A stretch of DNA of 63,932 bases, counting the filler. It is 7 parts of 7 records of this genome, joined end to end, with 100 filler letters (N's around TTAATTAATTAA, not from the genome) between each part and the next. Parts side by side here need not be neighbours in the genome. Positions count along the whole stretch, not along the records: positions 1 to 7,037 come from DRR723986_10914; positions 7,138 to 13,354 come from DRR723986_10919; 5 more parts are not named here. One strand, given 5' to 3'. Both the position numbers and the translations under genes were made by a program. Within the stretch, counting starts at the first letter, position 1. Each line of letters opens with the position of its first letter. This document shows positions 1 through 9,565 of this stretch, one piece after another. Under the pieces are notes generated by a model. It saw only the letters and a program-made list of their open reading frames with translations, was not told where the DNA came from and did not search any database.

Positions 1-288
1 TTCGACCGCGACAAGCTGGAACGCTCGATCCGTATTTCGATGCAAAAACGCCCGATCGAGCCCGAGCGGATCGATCAAATGATCTCGGGCATCGTGCGCC
101 GCCTGGAATCGCTGGGCGATAGCGACATTCCCTCCAAAACCATCGGCGAGATCGTGATGGAAACACTGGCCCGTATCGATACCGTCGCCTATGTGCGATT
201 TGCCAGTGTTTACAAAAACTTCCAGGCCGCAGATGATTTCGACAAATTCGTCAGCGAACTGCGTCCCGCCGCCGTAAAGGACGAATAG
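1..288 (+). CDS. nrdR: Transcriptional repressor NrdR, 5'-truncated (ATP-cone region)
   Basis: Frame open from base 1 ([18 protein letters not shown]); hallmark [13 protein letters not shown]; directly upstream of ribD, the usual synteny. Confidence 0.95.
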   Translation, partial: FDRDKLERSIRISMQKRPIEPERIDQMISGIVRRLESLGDSDIPSKTIGEIVMETLARIDTVAYVRFASVYKNFQAADDFDKFVSELRPAAVKDE

Positions 289-1385
289 TGCAAGACACCG
301 ACCGCCGTTTTATGGCGCTGGCCCTGGGCTTGGGCCGGCGTGGGCAGGGCAATGCCTGGCCCAACCCGGCGGTGGGCTGTGTGCTGGTCAAAGACGGGCG
401 CATCATTGGCCGCGGCTGGACAGCCCCGGGCGGGCGCCCGCATGCCGAAACGCAGGCGCTGGCCCAGGCCGGCGCCGCGGCTGCGGGGGGCACGGCCTAT
501 GTCACGTTGGAACCTTGCGCGCATCACGGCCAAACCCCGCCCTGCGCCGCGGCGCTGGTGGCGGCGGGTGTGGCGCGGGTGGTTGTGGCCACGCGCGACG
601 AAGATCCGCGGGTTTCGGGGCGGGGGCTGCAAATGTTGCGCGATGCGGGCATCAACGTGCATACAGGTGTGCGCGAGGCCGAGGCCCAGGCGGATTTGGC
701 CGGGTTTTTCAAGTCGCGCCGCCATGGATTGCCATTTCTCACCCTGAAACTGGCCAGCTCGTTTGATGGGCGCATCGCCACCGCCACGGGCGAAAGCCAA
801 TGGATCACCGGGCCCCAGGCGCGCCACCATGTGCACGGGCTGCGCCTGGCGCATGATGCGGTGATGGTGGGGGCCGGCACCGCGCGCAGCGATGATCCAC
901 TGCTGAACGTGCGCGGTTTTGGCCAGGTGCCCCAGCCCGTGCGCGTGGTGCTGTCGCGCCGCTTGGATCTGCCATTAAACAGCCGGCTGGCCCATAGTGC
1001 GGGCGATGTGCCTTTGTGGCTATGCCACGGCCCCGATGCTGATCCGGCGCTGGTGCAGGCCTGGCAGGGCGTTGGGGCGCGGCTGTTTGAATGCCCGGTT
1101 GTGGGGGCGCATCTGGCGCCCCATGCGGTGCTGCAGGCCTTGGCCCGTGCCGGGCTGACGCGGGTTTTTTGCGAGGGCGGCAGCGCCCTTGCCGCAGCGC
1201 TTTTGGCCGAGGATCTGGTGGATCAGCTGGTGGGCTATACCGCCGGGCTGGTGATTGGCGCCGAAGGCTTTCCCGGCATTGGCGCAATGGGCCTAGACAG
1301 GCTGGGCGCCGCGGCCCGTTTCCAGCTGCACCATAGCCAAGCTTTGGGCGGTGATGTGGTGCATATCTGGGCCCGCAGCCCCTAG
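288..1385 (+). CDS. ribD: Bifunctional riboflavin biosynthesis deaminase/reductase RibD
   Basis: PNPAVGCV, HAE and TLEPCAHHGQTPPC zinc-deaminase motifs; SFDGRIA..GESQWIT and EGG reductase motifs; GTG start overlaps the nrdR stop. Confidence 0.97.
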   Translation: MQDTDRRFMALALGLGRRGQGNAWPNPAVGCVLVKDGRIIGRGWTAPGGRPHAETQALAQAGAAAAGGTAYVTLEPCAHHGQTPPCAAALVAAGVARVVVATRDEDPRVSGRGLQMLRDAGINVHTGVREAEAQADLAGFFKSRRHGLPFLTLKLASSFDGRIATATGESQWITGPQARHHVHGLRLAHDAVMVGAGTARSDDPLLNVRGFGQVPQPVRVVLSRRLDLPLNSRLAHSAGDVPLWLCHGPDADPALVQAWQGVGARLFECPVVGAHLAPHAVLQALARAGLTRVFCEGGSALAAALLAEDLVDQLVGYTAGLVIGAEGFPGIGAMGLDRLGAAARFQLHHSQALGGDVVHIWARSP

Positions 1386-3433
1386 CGCCGCTTTAGCGCG
1401 GCCTGCACCCATGCGGGCAGGCCCCAGCCCATTGCACGCCCCCCCACCCCCGCGGCCAGCCGCGCCAGCGCAACTTCGGGCGGGCAGGGCTGGTTGGTGA
1501 TCGGGTCGTGATAGCGCGGATAATCGATCAAGGCGGCATGCACCAAGCCCAGCAGCCCGGGCCGCGCCTGGCGGCGGGGCAGATCGATGCCCAAATGCCG
1601 CGTCAGCCCCCAGCCTGTATAAAACGGTGCGCCCAGTGTCACCACCTGGCGCCCGCGCAACAGCGCCTCGAACCCCAAAAGCGAGGTCAGCGTCCACACC
1701 GCATCCACATGGGGCAAAAGTGCTGCACTATCGGTATGGGCCAGCACCATATCGGCCCAGCCTTCGGCATTGGCCACATGGCCGGGGCGCAGGCCGGCCT
1801 CGACATCGGGGTGGGGTTTGTAAAGCAGGGTTGCTTTGGGGTTTTCCGCCCGCACACGCGCCAAAAGCGCGCGGTTGGTGCGCAAATCGGCGGGCGCGCC
1901 TTGCAGAACCGAGGCATCGTTTTCCACCTGTCCGGGCACCAAAATCAGCGGCTGTCCGGGGCTTGGGCGCGGCAGGGCGGGGGGCGGCTGGCCGATGTTA
2001 TATTTGCTCACCCCTGCCTGCAGCACGGCATGCAACAGCGCCTCGGCCCGCAGCGCCTGATCGGGGCGCAGTTTTGCGCGTTGGGTGATCAGCTGTTCCA
2101 GCAGGCTGGGCTGGGCGGGGTTATAATGAATGCCCAGCTCATCGCAGGCCAGCGAGAGCGGCGCCACCAGCTGCGCCCCCAAGCCGTTTGAGCGTAAAAA
2201 GCCATCTTCCACCCGCGTAAGCGCTGTGTGCTGGCCGGCCGCGCCGCTGGCATGGCTGGCCCATACCATGTGCCGCGCGCCTGTGGCAGCTGCGGCCCTT
2301 GCGGCTTTGTCGGCGGTTTTGGCAAAGGTAAGCCGCCCGTGCTGGCCGAAAAACGCCCGCATATGGCGGCGTTTCCACAGGCTGATGCCTTGGCAGGCCC
2401 AGCCATGGCGGTCTTCGCGCCAGCAGCGCGTCTGCGCCTCGAGCGTGTCGATCACCTGCTCTAGCTGGCACAGCTGGTCGGTATAGGGGTCATACCAGTG
2501 CGGATAAAGCAGCATGGCGGCGGTGAACAGCTGTGCTGCGGTCAGGCGGCGCTGGCGGTTGGGCAGGGGGGTGTGATCGGTGCTCAGGCCCCATCCGGCA
2601 TAAAACGGGGCGCCAAACACATGCGGGCGGTGGCCCGCCACGATGGCCTCGAACCCCATTTGCGACGAAACGGTGTAGACGGCCACAGCCCCCTCAAGCA
2701 GCGCCCAGGGGCTAAGCTGCGTGGCCAAAAGCGTGGTGCGCGCGTCGGAATCTGCGGGGCTGAAATAGCCTGCCCTGTGCCCTTGGGCGGTTTCGGGGTG
2801 GGTTTTGATGATGATCGGGTGGTGGGGGTGGTTGGCGCGCGCCGCGGCCAGCATATCGGCAAAGCTTTGCGCCGAAGCGCCGCCCATGGTGATGGCCGCA
2901 TCGCCCCGCGTTTGATCGATCACCAGCACATAGCCCGGGGGGGGCAGATCGGGGCCATCGATCAGGGTGGCGCTGTATTTGCTCAGATGTGCGGCCTGCA
3001 GGCGGGCCATGGCATGGCGCGCCCGGGTGAGCAGGGCTGCATCATCCAGCGGATGATTGGCCAGGATCTGCAGCAAATCCGAGCGGCTATCTGGCGCATA
3101 ATGCATGCCGCCATGATCGATCACCAAGCCCAATGGCGGGCTGCCGCTGCGCCCGGGAAAGAGGCTGCGCAAAAACGCATCTTCCACCCGCACAACCGTG
3201 GCGTCACGCCGCGCGGCAACGGCCTGCCCGCGCGCAGCCGTGGGGCTGTGGCCCCATACCCCCACCAGCCCACCTGCCTGGGGCAAGCCCAAACGCGGCG
3301 GATAGCCCGCCAGCGTTAAAATGCGCCGGATGCGGCTTTGGGTGAAAAAGCTGGTGGAATAGCAGTGCAGCGGTGCGGGGGCCGGGCGCCATGTATCGCC
3401 CGGGCCGCCCGGATTGGGCCCCGCCATGCGCAT
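1382..3433 (-). CDS. kpsC: Capsular polysaccharide export/biosynthesis protein KpsC (LipA family)
   Basis: Two repeated domains, each with VEDxFLRS, K(T/P)HP and SxxGFEA..G.PFY.GWGL motifs. Confidence 0.93.
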   Translation of the reverse strand: MRMAGPNPGGPGDTWRPAPAPLHCYSTSFFTQSRIRRILTLAGYPPRLGLPQAGGLVGVWGHSPTAARGQAVAARRDATVVRVEDAFLRSLFPGRSGSPPLGLVIDHGGMHYAPDSRSDLLQILANHPLDDAALLTRARHAMARLQAAHLSKYSATLIDGPDLPPPGYVLVIDQTRGDAAITMGGASAQSFADMLAAARANHPHHPIIIKTHPETAQGHRAGYFSPADSDARTTLLATQLSPWALLEGAVAVYTVSSQMGFEAIVAGHRPHVFGAPFYAGWGLSTDHTPLPNRQRRLTAAQLFTAAMLLYPHWYDPYTDQLCQLEQVIDTLEAQTRCWREDRHGWACQGISLWKRRHMRAFFGQHGRLTFAKTADKAARAAAATGARHMVWASHASGAAGQHTALTRVEDGFLRSNGLGAQLVAPLSLACDELGIHYNPAQPSLLEQLITQRAKLRPDQALRAEALLHAVLQAGVSKYNIGQPPPALPRPSPGQPLILVPGQVENDASVLQGAPADLRTNRALLARVRAENPKATLLYKPHPDVEAGLRPGHVANAEGWADMVLAHTDSAALLPHVDAVWTLTSLLGFEALLRGRQVVTLGAPFYTGWGLTRHLGIDLPRRQARPGLLGLVHAALIDYPRYHDPITNQPCPPEVALARLAAGVGGRAMGWGLPAWVQAALKRR

Positions 3434-3436
3434 GGC

Positions 3437-4567
3437 TTAATTGCCGCCGCCGGCCGCGGTTGTCAGCGTGTTGACCGCCGAAAGCGAGCCGGTCAGCGCC
3501 GCGATTGCCTTGCTCCACTGGGTGAATGGCGCCTCGGTCACATACAGCGTGTCTTCGTCGCGGATCACAAAATCGCGGGCCATGAACATGCCATTGGGCT
3601 TGGTCAAATCCAGCACATAGATCAAGCGCTGTGCGCCTTGCAGGTCATCGCGGCCCAGCACGCGGTTGGCAATTTCGGCAGGTTCGTTGCGCAGCACAAA
3701 AACGCCCGTTGGATCGGCCGCGTTGGCCGATAGCCCACCCACCTGGGCAATGGCCTCGAGCGCCGATAGGGTCTGGCTTTCAAAGGGCACGCGGGTTTGC
3801 GTGCCGGTGGCCCCCAGCGCGGTAAAGGCGCGGGTGTCTTCCTCGACCAAGATCCGGTCGCCGGCGCGCAGGGCTATATCGAATTCGGGGTGTTTATACA
3901 GATCATTCAGCCATACCTGCGAGCGTTGATCGCCGCGTATCACCGTAAGCTGTGCGATTTCAGGCTCGATACTCACACCGCCCGCCCGCGCCAGCATGGC
4001 CGATAGGGTGCGCGTGGGCCGCTCGATTGGAAACACACCTTGGGCGCTGACCTTGCCAATCAGGCTGACGGTGGCCCCATCGCCTGCGGCGCGGCGCACT
4101 TCGACCTGTGGTTCGGGGGTTTGATCTTGCAGCTTTTCGGTGATGATGCGGCGCAGTGCCTCGGGGGTGTTGCCTGCGGCGCGAATGCGCCCGGCATAGG
4201 GCACAAAGATAAACCCGGCGCCATCCACCTGCACCTCTTGCAGCGGTGCGGGGCTGGTGCCAAACAGGCCCTGATCGACGTTTTCCCAAATGGTCAGGCC
4301 CAAAGTATCGCCGGGGCGGATCGTGTCTGAGCCAAGGATGGCGGCGTTTTTGAACGCATCGCTAAAGCCCAACGCCGGGCTGATCGCGGTGGCGCGGGTG
4401 ACGCGGTCGTTCACGCTGATGACAAAGGCATCGCCTTGGCGCTGAACCGAGCCTGAGAAAATCTCGCCCTTGTTGGGGCCAGTGCGCGGCAGGCCGCATG
4501 CGGCAACCAGTGCCACCAAAGAGCATAGGGCGACAGACCGCGCCCAGCGGGGTGCAAGGGGTTTCAC
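3437..4567 (-). CDS. Polysaccharide export outer-membrane lipoprotein (Wza/KpsD family)
   Basis: Lipobox LVAAC-GLPRTGP; Poly_export motif IRPGDTL..IWE and FVPYAGRI; SLBB repeats. Start moved to GTG 4567, which follows an AGGAG RBS. Confidence 0.92.
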   Translation of the reverse strand: MKPLAPRWARSVALCSLVALVAACGLPRTGPNKGEIFSGSVQRQGDAFVISVNDRVTRATAISPALGFSDAFKNAAILGSDTIRPGDTLGLTIWENVDQGLFGTSPAPLQEVQVDGAGFIFVPYAGRIRAAGNTPEALRRIITEKLQDQTPEPQVEVRRAAGDGATVSLIGKVSAQGVFPIERPTRTLSAMLARAGGVSIEPEIAQLTVIRGDQRSQVWLNDLYKHPEFDIALRAGDRILVEEDTRAFTALGATGTQTRVPFESQTLSALEAIAQVGGLSANAADPTGVFVLRNEPAEIANRVLGRDDLQGAQRLIYVLDLTKPNGMFMARDFVIRDEDTLYVTEAPFTQWSKAIAALTGSLSAVNTLTTAAGGGN

Positions 4568-4702
4568 TGCTCGGTCTCCTGACCTGTTATTATTCTGCCT
4601 CGGTTTTTTGGCCACTCTAGCCTATGGCGGGCACAAAATAAAGCGCTAGTCGCACAGGCCAAAAACACCCCAAGGGCGAGTGTTGCGCATTTGCCAAGCC
4701 TT

Positions 4703-6022
4703 TTAGGGGAGCATTTGCAAATATTGCCGTGGCCCGGCACGCCCTGTGTGCAGCGCGTCATACGGATCATCGGGGCTGAGCATCATGTCTACCACCTGGC
4801 GCAGCACCTGGCGCCGCCCGCGGCTGGAATAAAACCCGCCAGGAATTTGGCTGGTTTCCAGCAGATAGGCGCGAAAATCTTGATAGGCGGTGCGATCGGG
4901 CCGGGTGGGGGCGGTGAAAAACTGCGCCAAGCTTTGGGTCGAGACAAATTCGGGCTTGTTGTAAATCGCCGCGCCAAACACCTTTAGCGGGATGCCGCGC
5001 CACAGCACCTGCTGCGCTGCGGTGGAATTTACGGTCACCGCGCTGCGGGCCTCGTTCAACAGTTGCGCCAGCTTGCCGCCTTGCAAAAAATGCACCCTTC
5101 CCTCCACGCCGTGCGCCTGGGCCAGGCGGGCAATATCGGCGCGCAGCGGTGCGCGCCCGGTTTCCAACGGATGGGCCTTGAACACCAGATGATGGTGGCG
5201 CGGCGCCCCTGCGGCAAAGCCCGCGATCACCAGCTCGATAAAGGCGTGCATATCGGCAAAGGGCGAATGCACCTGAAAGCTGCTGTCATGTTCCAGTTGC
5301 AACAGCACCAGATGATAGGGAAAGCCCCCTCGCCGAATACGCGCTGTGGCCAGGCGCCGCTGCAGGCTGTGAAAGGGCATCATCACCAAGCGGCGCAGAT
5401 ATAGCATGAATTCGGCGCTGACGGGCAATTGCCGATGGGGCTGAAACTGCCGGTATCCCCCATTTTTGAACATCACAAACCAATGATAAAGCGCACCATA
5501 AAAAACATGTTGGCGCATATCCCCCCAGCGCGCTGGCGGGGCGGTGGTGGTGGTATCGGCATGGGTGAGGGCGCGGCGCATTTCGGCCACGCTGGTGTGC
5601 ATCAGGCGCGAGTTGCCATTGGTGCCGCCGCGCTCGTATGTCACCCAATAGGGGCGCAAATAGCCCTCTTCAAACACATGCACACACAGGTTGTTTTCGC
5701 GCGCAAAGGCAATGGCGCTGGCGTGCACAAAGCGGGTATCGCCATAAAGCACCAGATCTGTCACCGCCTTTTCGGCCACGATCTGTGCCAGATGCATGGG
5801 CCAATCCTGCGGGCCACCGCGATGGGCGATATAGCTTGCGCCATGAAACCAAAAGGCACGATCGCCGGCGTTAAACCCCACCCGCCAGGCCTGTGCCCCG
5901 GCTTGGCGCAGCATCTGTGCCAAGCCATGAAAAAACGGCCCATGTGGCCCTTGCAAAAACAAAAACACCCGCTGGGATGCGGGGGCGCCTGCGGGGGGCT
6001 GTGCTGTAAATGCCTGCGCCAT
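4703..6022 (-). CDS. kpsS: Capsule biosynthesis protein KpsS (LipB family)
   Basis: FLFLQGPHGPFF, FEEGYLRP, LQLEHDS, KAHP and TVNST motifs; clustered with kpsC. Confidence 0.92.
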   Translation of the reverse strand: MAQAFTAQPPAGAPASQRVFLFLQGPHGPFFHGLAQMLRQAGAQAWRVGFNAGDRAFWFHGASYIAHRGGPQDWPMHLAQIVAEKAVTDLVLYGDTRFVHASAIAFARENNLCVHVFEEGYLRPYWVTYERGGTNGNSRLMHTSVAEMRRALTHADTTTTAPPARWGDMRQHVFYGALYHWFVMFKNGGYRQFQPHRQLPVSAEFMLYLRRLVMMPFHSLQRRLATARIRRGGFPYHLVLLQLEHDSSFQVHSPFADMHAFIELVIAGFAAGAPRHHHLVFKAHPLETGRAPLRADIARLAQAHGVEGRVHFLQGGKLAQLLNEARSAVTVNSTAAQQVLWRGIPLKVFGAAIYNKPEFVSTQSLAQFFTAPTRPDRTAYQDFRAYLLETSQIPGGFYSSRGRRQVLRQVVDMMLSPDDPYDALHTGRAGPRQYLQMLP

Positions 6023-6219
6023 ATCTTACCCAAAAACCTGCCGCTCATCGCGCGATGAGCAAACACCAAAAACACTTTTCTTACCTTAACGGCAAAACGG
6101 GGCGAATTTAAGGCGCAAATACCCTGCCATCGCCGCGCCACCCTTGCCAGCGGGGGGGCTTGGGGCTAGGTCAGGGGCAGGCCGCGGGTATGCGGCCAGA
6201 CCAGCAAAACGAGGCCCCC

Positions 6220-6807
6220 ATGTTTACAGGCATCATCACCGATATCGGCCAGATCGAACAGCTAGAACAGCGCGGCGATCTGCGCGCGCGCATCGCCACC
6301 AGCTATGATATGGCGCGGGTGGATATGGGCGCCTCGATCGCCTGTGATGGTGTGTGTTTGACGGTTGTCAACAAGGGCCAGGGCTGGTTCGATGTGGATA
6401 TCAGCGCCGAAAGCGTTTCAAAAACCAACATCAGCAACTGGGCGCCGGGCCACCGCATCAATCTTGAGCGGGCGCTGCGGGTGGGCGACGAACTGGGCGG
6501 GCATATCGTGTCGGGCCATGTAGATGGTGTGGCCGAGGTGGTAGGCCTGCGCAAAGAGGGCGACAGCACCCGCGTGACATTTCGCGCGCCTGAGGCGCTG
6601 GCGCGGTTCATCGCGGAAAAGGGCTCGGTTGCGCTGAATGGCACCTCGCTGACGGTGAACGAGGTGCAGGGCCGCGATTTTGGCGTGAATTTCATCCCCC
6701 ATACCCAAGCGGCCACCACCTGGGGGGCTGTGGCGCTTGGGGACCGGGTGAATTTGGAAATCGACACGCTGGCGCGCTATGTGGCGCGGCTGGCCGATTA
6801 CGGCTAG
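6220..6807 (+). CDS. ribE: Riboflavin synthase (alpha chain)
   Basis: Diagnostic N-terminus MFTGII (ATG 6220, GAGG RBS); GVCLTV, NLERAL, GGHIVSGHVD. Confidence 0.97.
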   Translation: MFTGIITDIGQIEQLEQRGDLRARIATSYDMARVDMGASIACDGVCLTVVNKGQGWFDVDISAESVSKTNISNWAPGHRINLERALRVGDELGGHIVSGHVDGVAEVVGLRKEGDSTRVTFRAPEALARFIAEKGSVALNGTSLTVNEVQGRDFGVNFIPHTQAATTWGAVALGDRVNLEIDTLARYVARLADYG

Positions 6808-6833
6808 GCGGCTAGGCGGCGGGGCGCTGATCC

Positions 6834-7037
6834 CTAGCAATTGGGGATATTCACAGCCAAGCCCCCAAGCGAGGTTTCTTTGTATTTCTCGTGCATATCG
6901 GCGCCGGTTTGGCGCATGGTTTCAATGGCCGCATCCAGGGGCACAAAATGCTGCCCATCGCCGCGCAGCGCCAGGCTGGCTGCGCTGACAGCCTTGATGG
7001 CGCCCAGGCCATTGCGCTCGATGCAGGGCACCTGAAC
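6834..7037 (-). CDS. sdaA: L-serine ammonia-lyase, 3' fragment (5'-truncated by contig end)
   Basis: VQVPCIERN ... [15 protein letters not shown]-terminal signature. Confidence 0.92.
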   Translation of the reverse strand, partial: VQVPCIERNGLGAIKAVSAASLALRGDGQHFVPLDAAIETMRQTGADMHEKYKETSLGGLAVNIPNC

Positions 7038-7137
7038 NNNNNNNNNNNNNNNNNNNNNNNNNNNNNNNNNNNNNNNNNNNNTTAATTAATTAANNNNNNN
7101 NNNNNNNNNNNNNNNNNNNNNNNNNNNNNNNNNNNNN
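7038..7137. other. Artificial contig spacer
   Basis: 100 bp N-run with central TTAATTAATTAA. Confidence 0.99.
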
Positions 7138-8343
7138 CTCTTCGCGGGTTTGTGCGGCCTCATCACCGGGCAGGAAGTCGATGATCTCGAAGTAATCAGA
7201 GCTGAACTGGTCTGCCACCACGGTTTCACGAGGTTTGATCCGAACCACGTAGACGGTCTGGACATTCTGGTGATCGAACTCGCGCCAGTACTGTTCATCT
7301 TTCAGGAAGCTGTAGCGATGCCCCTCAAGGGCCCGGAAAACGGCGTCTGTGTTGGTGCTGCCGGCCCGTTCGACAGCATCCTTATACTGGTAAACGATGC
7401 TGTAGGCCGAGGCCGCGGATGATGAAGGGCGCATTTCATAGCGGTCTGAGAAGGCCTCAACAAAGTCTTTACCGCGCTGGTAGTTGTTCTCGTAGGGCAG
7501 GTTCCAGACCCAGGGGGCGGCACCAACAACACCTTCCATGATGGTCGGGCCAACCTGTCTGACCATCCCCAGTGTCAGGTTGGGCACAACGATTTGCATT
7601 TTTTCCGTCAAACCCATTTCATAGGCCAGGTTCAGAGCCCGGACCATGTCATCGCCGAACAATACCATCATCAATACCTTGGCATCGCTCTCCTGGGCCT
7701 GTTCCAGCGCTGCGCGGAAATCATTGATCAGCGCCCGGGGGAAGGGGGTTTTTACACCCTGGTGCACGTCGGTGTTTTCGGTATTGGAAAACTTTCGTAC
7801 CGATTCTTCCACGGACCATCCCCAGGTGTAGTCTGAGGTGATGTAGAAAAACTTCTGGTCGGCGTGGTTACGATTGAGATACTGGCTCAGTGCCTTGGCC
7901 GTCATCCAGGCGTTGTAGGGTTCCCGGAACATATAACGATGCCCCTCGGCGCCGGTGGTGGCATTGGAGTAGGTCAGGGTGCCGAAGTAGATTCGGTTAC
8001 GATCCCTGGCGGCTTTGCCGGAAGCAATAGCGACGGCACTGGAGACGCCACCGAAAACCATCTGCGCGTCCTCGCGATCAATCAGTTCGGCGGTATTCCT
8101 GGCGCCCTGGTCTGGTTCTCCACGGGTATTGCGAATCACCAGTTCGAGGGGCTGGCCCATAACACCACCAGCCTGGTTGATTTCATCTACCGCCAGATAG
8201 GCGCCAAGCCGTTGTTGAAGGCCCTGGTCCTTGTATCTTCCGGTCTGGGGGTAATTCAAACCTATCTTGAGGGTATCGGCGAGGACGGTCGTGCTGGATA
8301 ATAGCAGGACAGTCGCAAAGATCAGCGCGTTCCTTGGTCTCAT
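7138..8343 (-). CDS. ABC transporter periplasmic substrate-binding protein (LivJ/Peripla_BP_6-like), 3'-truncated
   Basis: Signal peptide, then LKIGLNYPQTG, AVDEINQAGGVMG, GGVSSAVA, DYTWG. Confidence 0.88.
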
Positions 8344-8534
8344 TTACGTTGGCCTCCGTAACGGCAGCACAGCGGGTATGGCTGCGTTGCAAACAGTTAT
8401 TTTGATTGTTTATTGGGCAACTCAAGTGTCAGCCGATACTGTTCGGCCAACAATGGGACTAAAGTTGAAGTTCCGGTAACAATTTGTAGGACGAGCGTTC
8501 GATCACACAACCGTTGCTATAAGGCAGGGAAACA

Positions 8535-9545
8535 TTGAGAAGAATGATCTATTCACGCTCGCCTGAATGCCTGTCGGCGGTGCTCATGGCATTGCTCGCT
8601 TTGCTGGTGGCGCTTCCGGCCAGTGCCGAGTGGCACCGATACTCCGACACGGCAATGACAACGCCCGTTGAGCTTGAGTTCTGGGCTGATGAAAGCGTGA
8701 CCGCCGATGTGGTGGCCCGTGAGGTATTCGATGTATTTCACCATGTCGATACCCAAATGAGCCGGTACCGGGCAGATTCTGAATTATCAGCGCTGAACCA
8801 GGAGGCTGGAAAAGGCCCGGTTAACGTCAGTGATGGTCTGTTTAAGGTGCTTCAGAAAGCCCGTGAGGTGTCCGAGCTGAGTGAGGGGGCATTCGATGTC
8901 ACCTTTGGCTCGGTGGGTTACCTCTATGACTTTCGGGCCGGCAAGCAGCCAACGGATGAACAGGTAGCGACCGGGCTCACGCGGGTAAACTTCCGCGATG
9001 TCGTACTGGATGTATCCGGGCAAACGGTGGCGTTTCGCCAGCCGGGAATGCTGGTGGACCTGGGGGGCATTGCTAAAGGTTACGCTGTTGATCTGGGTAT
9101 TGAAGTGCTGGAAGCTCACGGCATACGCCACGCCCGGTTGAGTGCTGGCGGTGATATGCGTCTGCTGGGGGACAAGCGGGGGCGCCCGTGGTATGTGGGT
9201 ATCCGGGATCCCCGGTCTGGCAATGACAACGCGGTGGTGTTGCCGTTGGCGGATGTAGCGGTATCCACATCCGGCGACTACGAGCGCTTTTTTGTTGATG
9301 ACGCCGGTGAGCGCGTACACCACATACTGTCACCGAGCACTGGCCGTTCGGTGAAGGGAGTACAGAGCGTTACGATTATTGGTGACGATGCATTGACCAC
9401 CGATGGCTTGTCCACCGCGGTTTTTGTTCTGGGCCCTGAGAAAGGCCTCAAGATGGTGGAGCGCTTGCCGGCGATCGATGTGGTTGTGATCGACGACAAA
9501 CGCATGATGCATGTGTCAGAAGGGCTGGTTCCCCCAGAGCCGTAG
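8535..9545 (+). CDS. apbE: FAD:protein FMN transferase ApbE (start uncertain, 8535-8586)
   Basis: AMTT, GAFDVT, DLGGIAKGYAVD, AGGD, STSGDYER, HHILSP and DGLSTA motifs; signal peptide. Confidence 0.95.
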   Translation: MRRMIYSRSPECLSAVLMALLALLVALPASAEWHRYSDTAMTTPVELEFWADESVTADVVAREVFDVFHHVDTQMSRYRADSELSALNQEAGKGPVNVSDGLFKVLQKAREVSELSEGAFDVTFGSVGYLYDFRAGKQPTDEQVATGLTRVNFRDVVLDVSGQTVAFRQPGMLVDLGGIAKGYAVDLGIEVLEAHGIRHARLSAGGDMRLLGDKRGRPWYVGIRDPRSGNDNAVVLPLADVAVSTSGDYERFFVDDAGERVHHILSPSTGRSVKGVQSVTIIGDDALTTDGLSTAVFVLGPEKGLKMVERLPAIDVVVIDDKRMMHVSEGLVPPEP

Positions 9546-9565
9546 TAGAGGCAACGTCCCTGCTG

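Noticed and set aside
6023..6219. FMN riboswitch upstream of ribE
   Set aside because: No RFN consensus elements visible
7082..7093. TTAATTAATTAA as a biological repeat or CtrA site
   Set aside because: It is always centred in N-runs; an artificial six-frame stop linker
8490..8510. CRP-like site upstream of apbE
   Set aside because: Only the TCACA half-site matches
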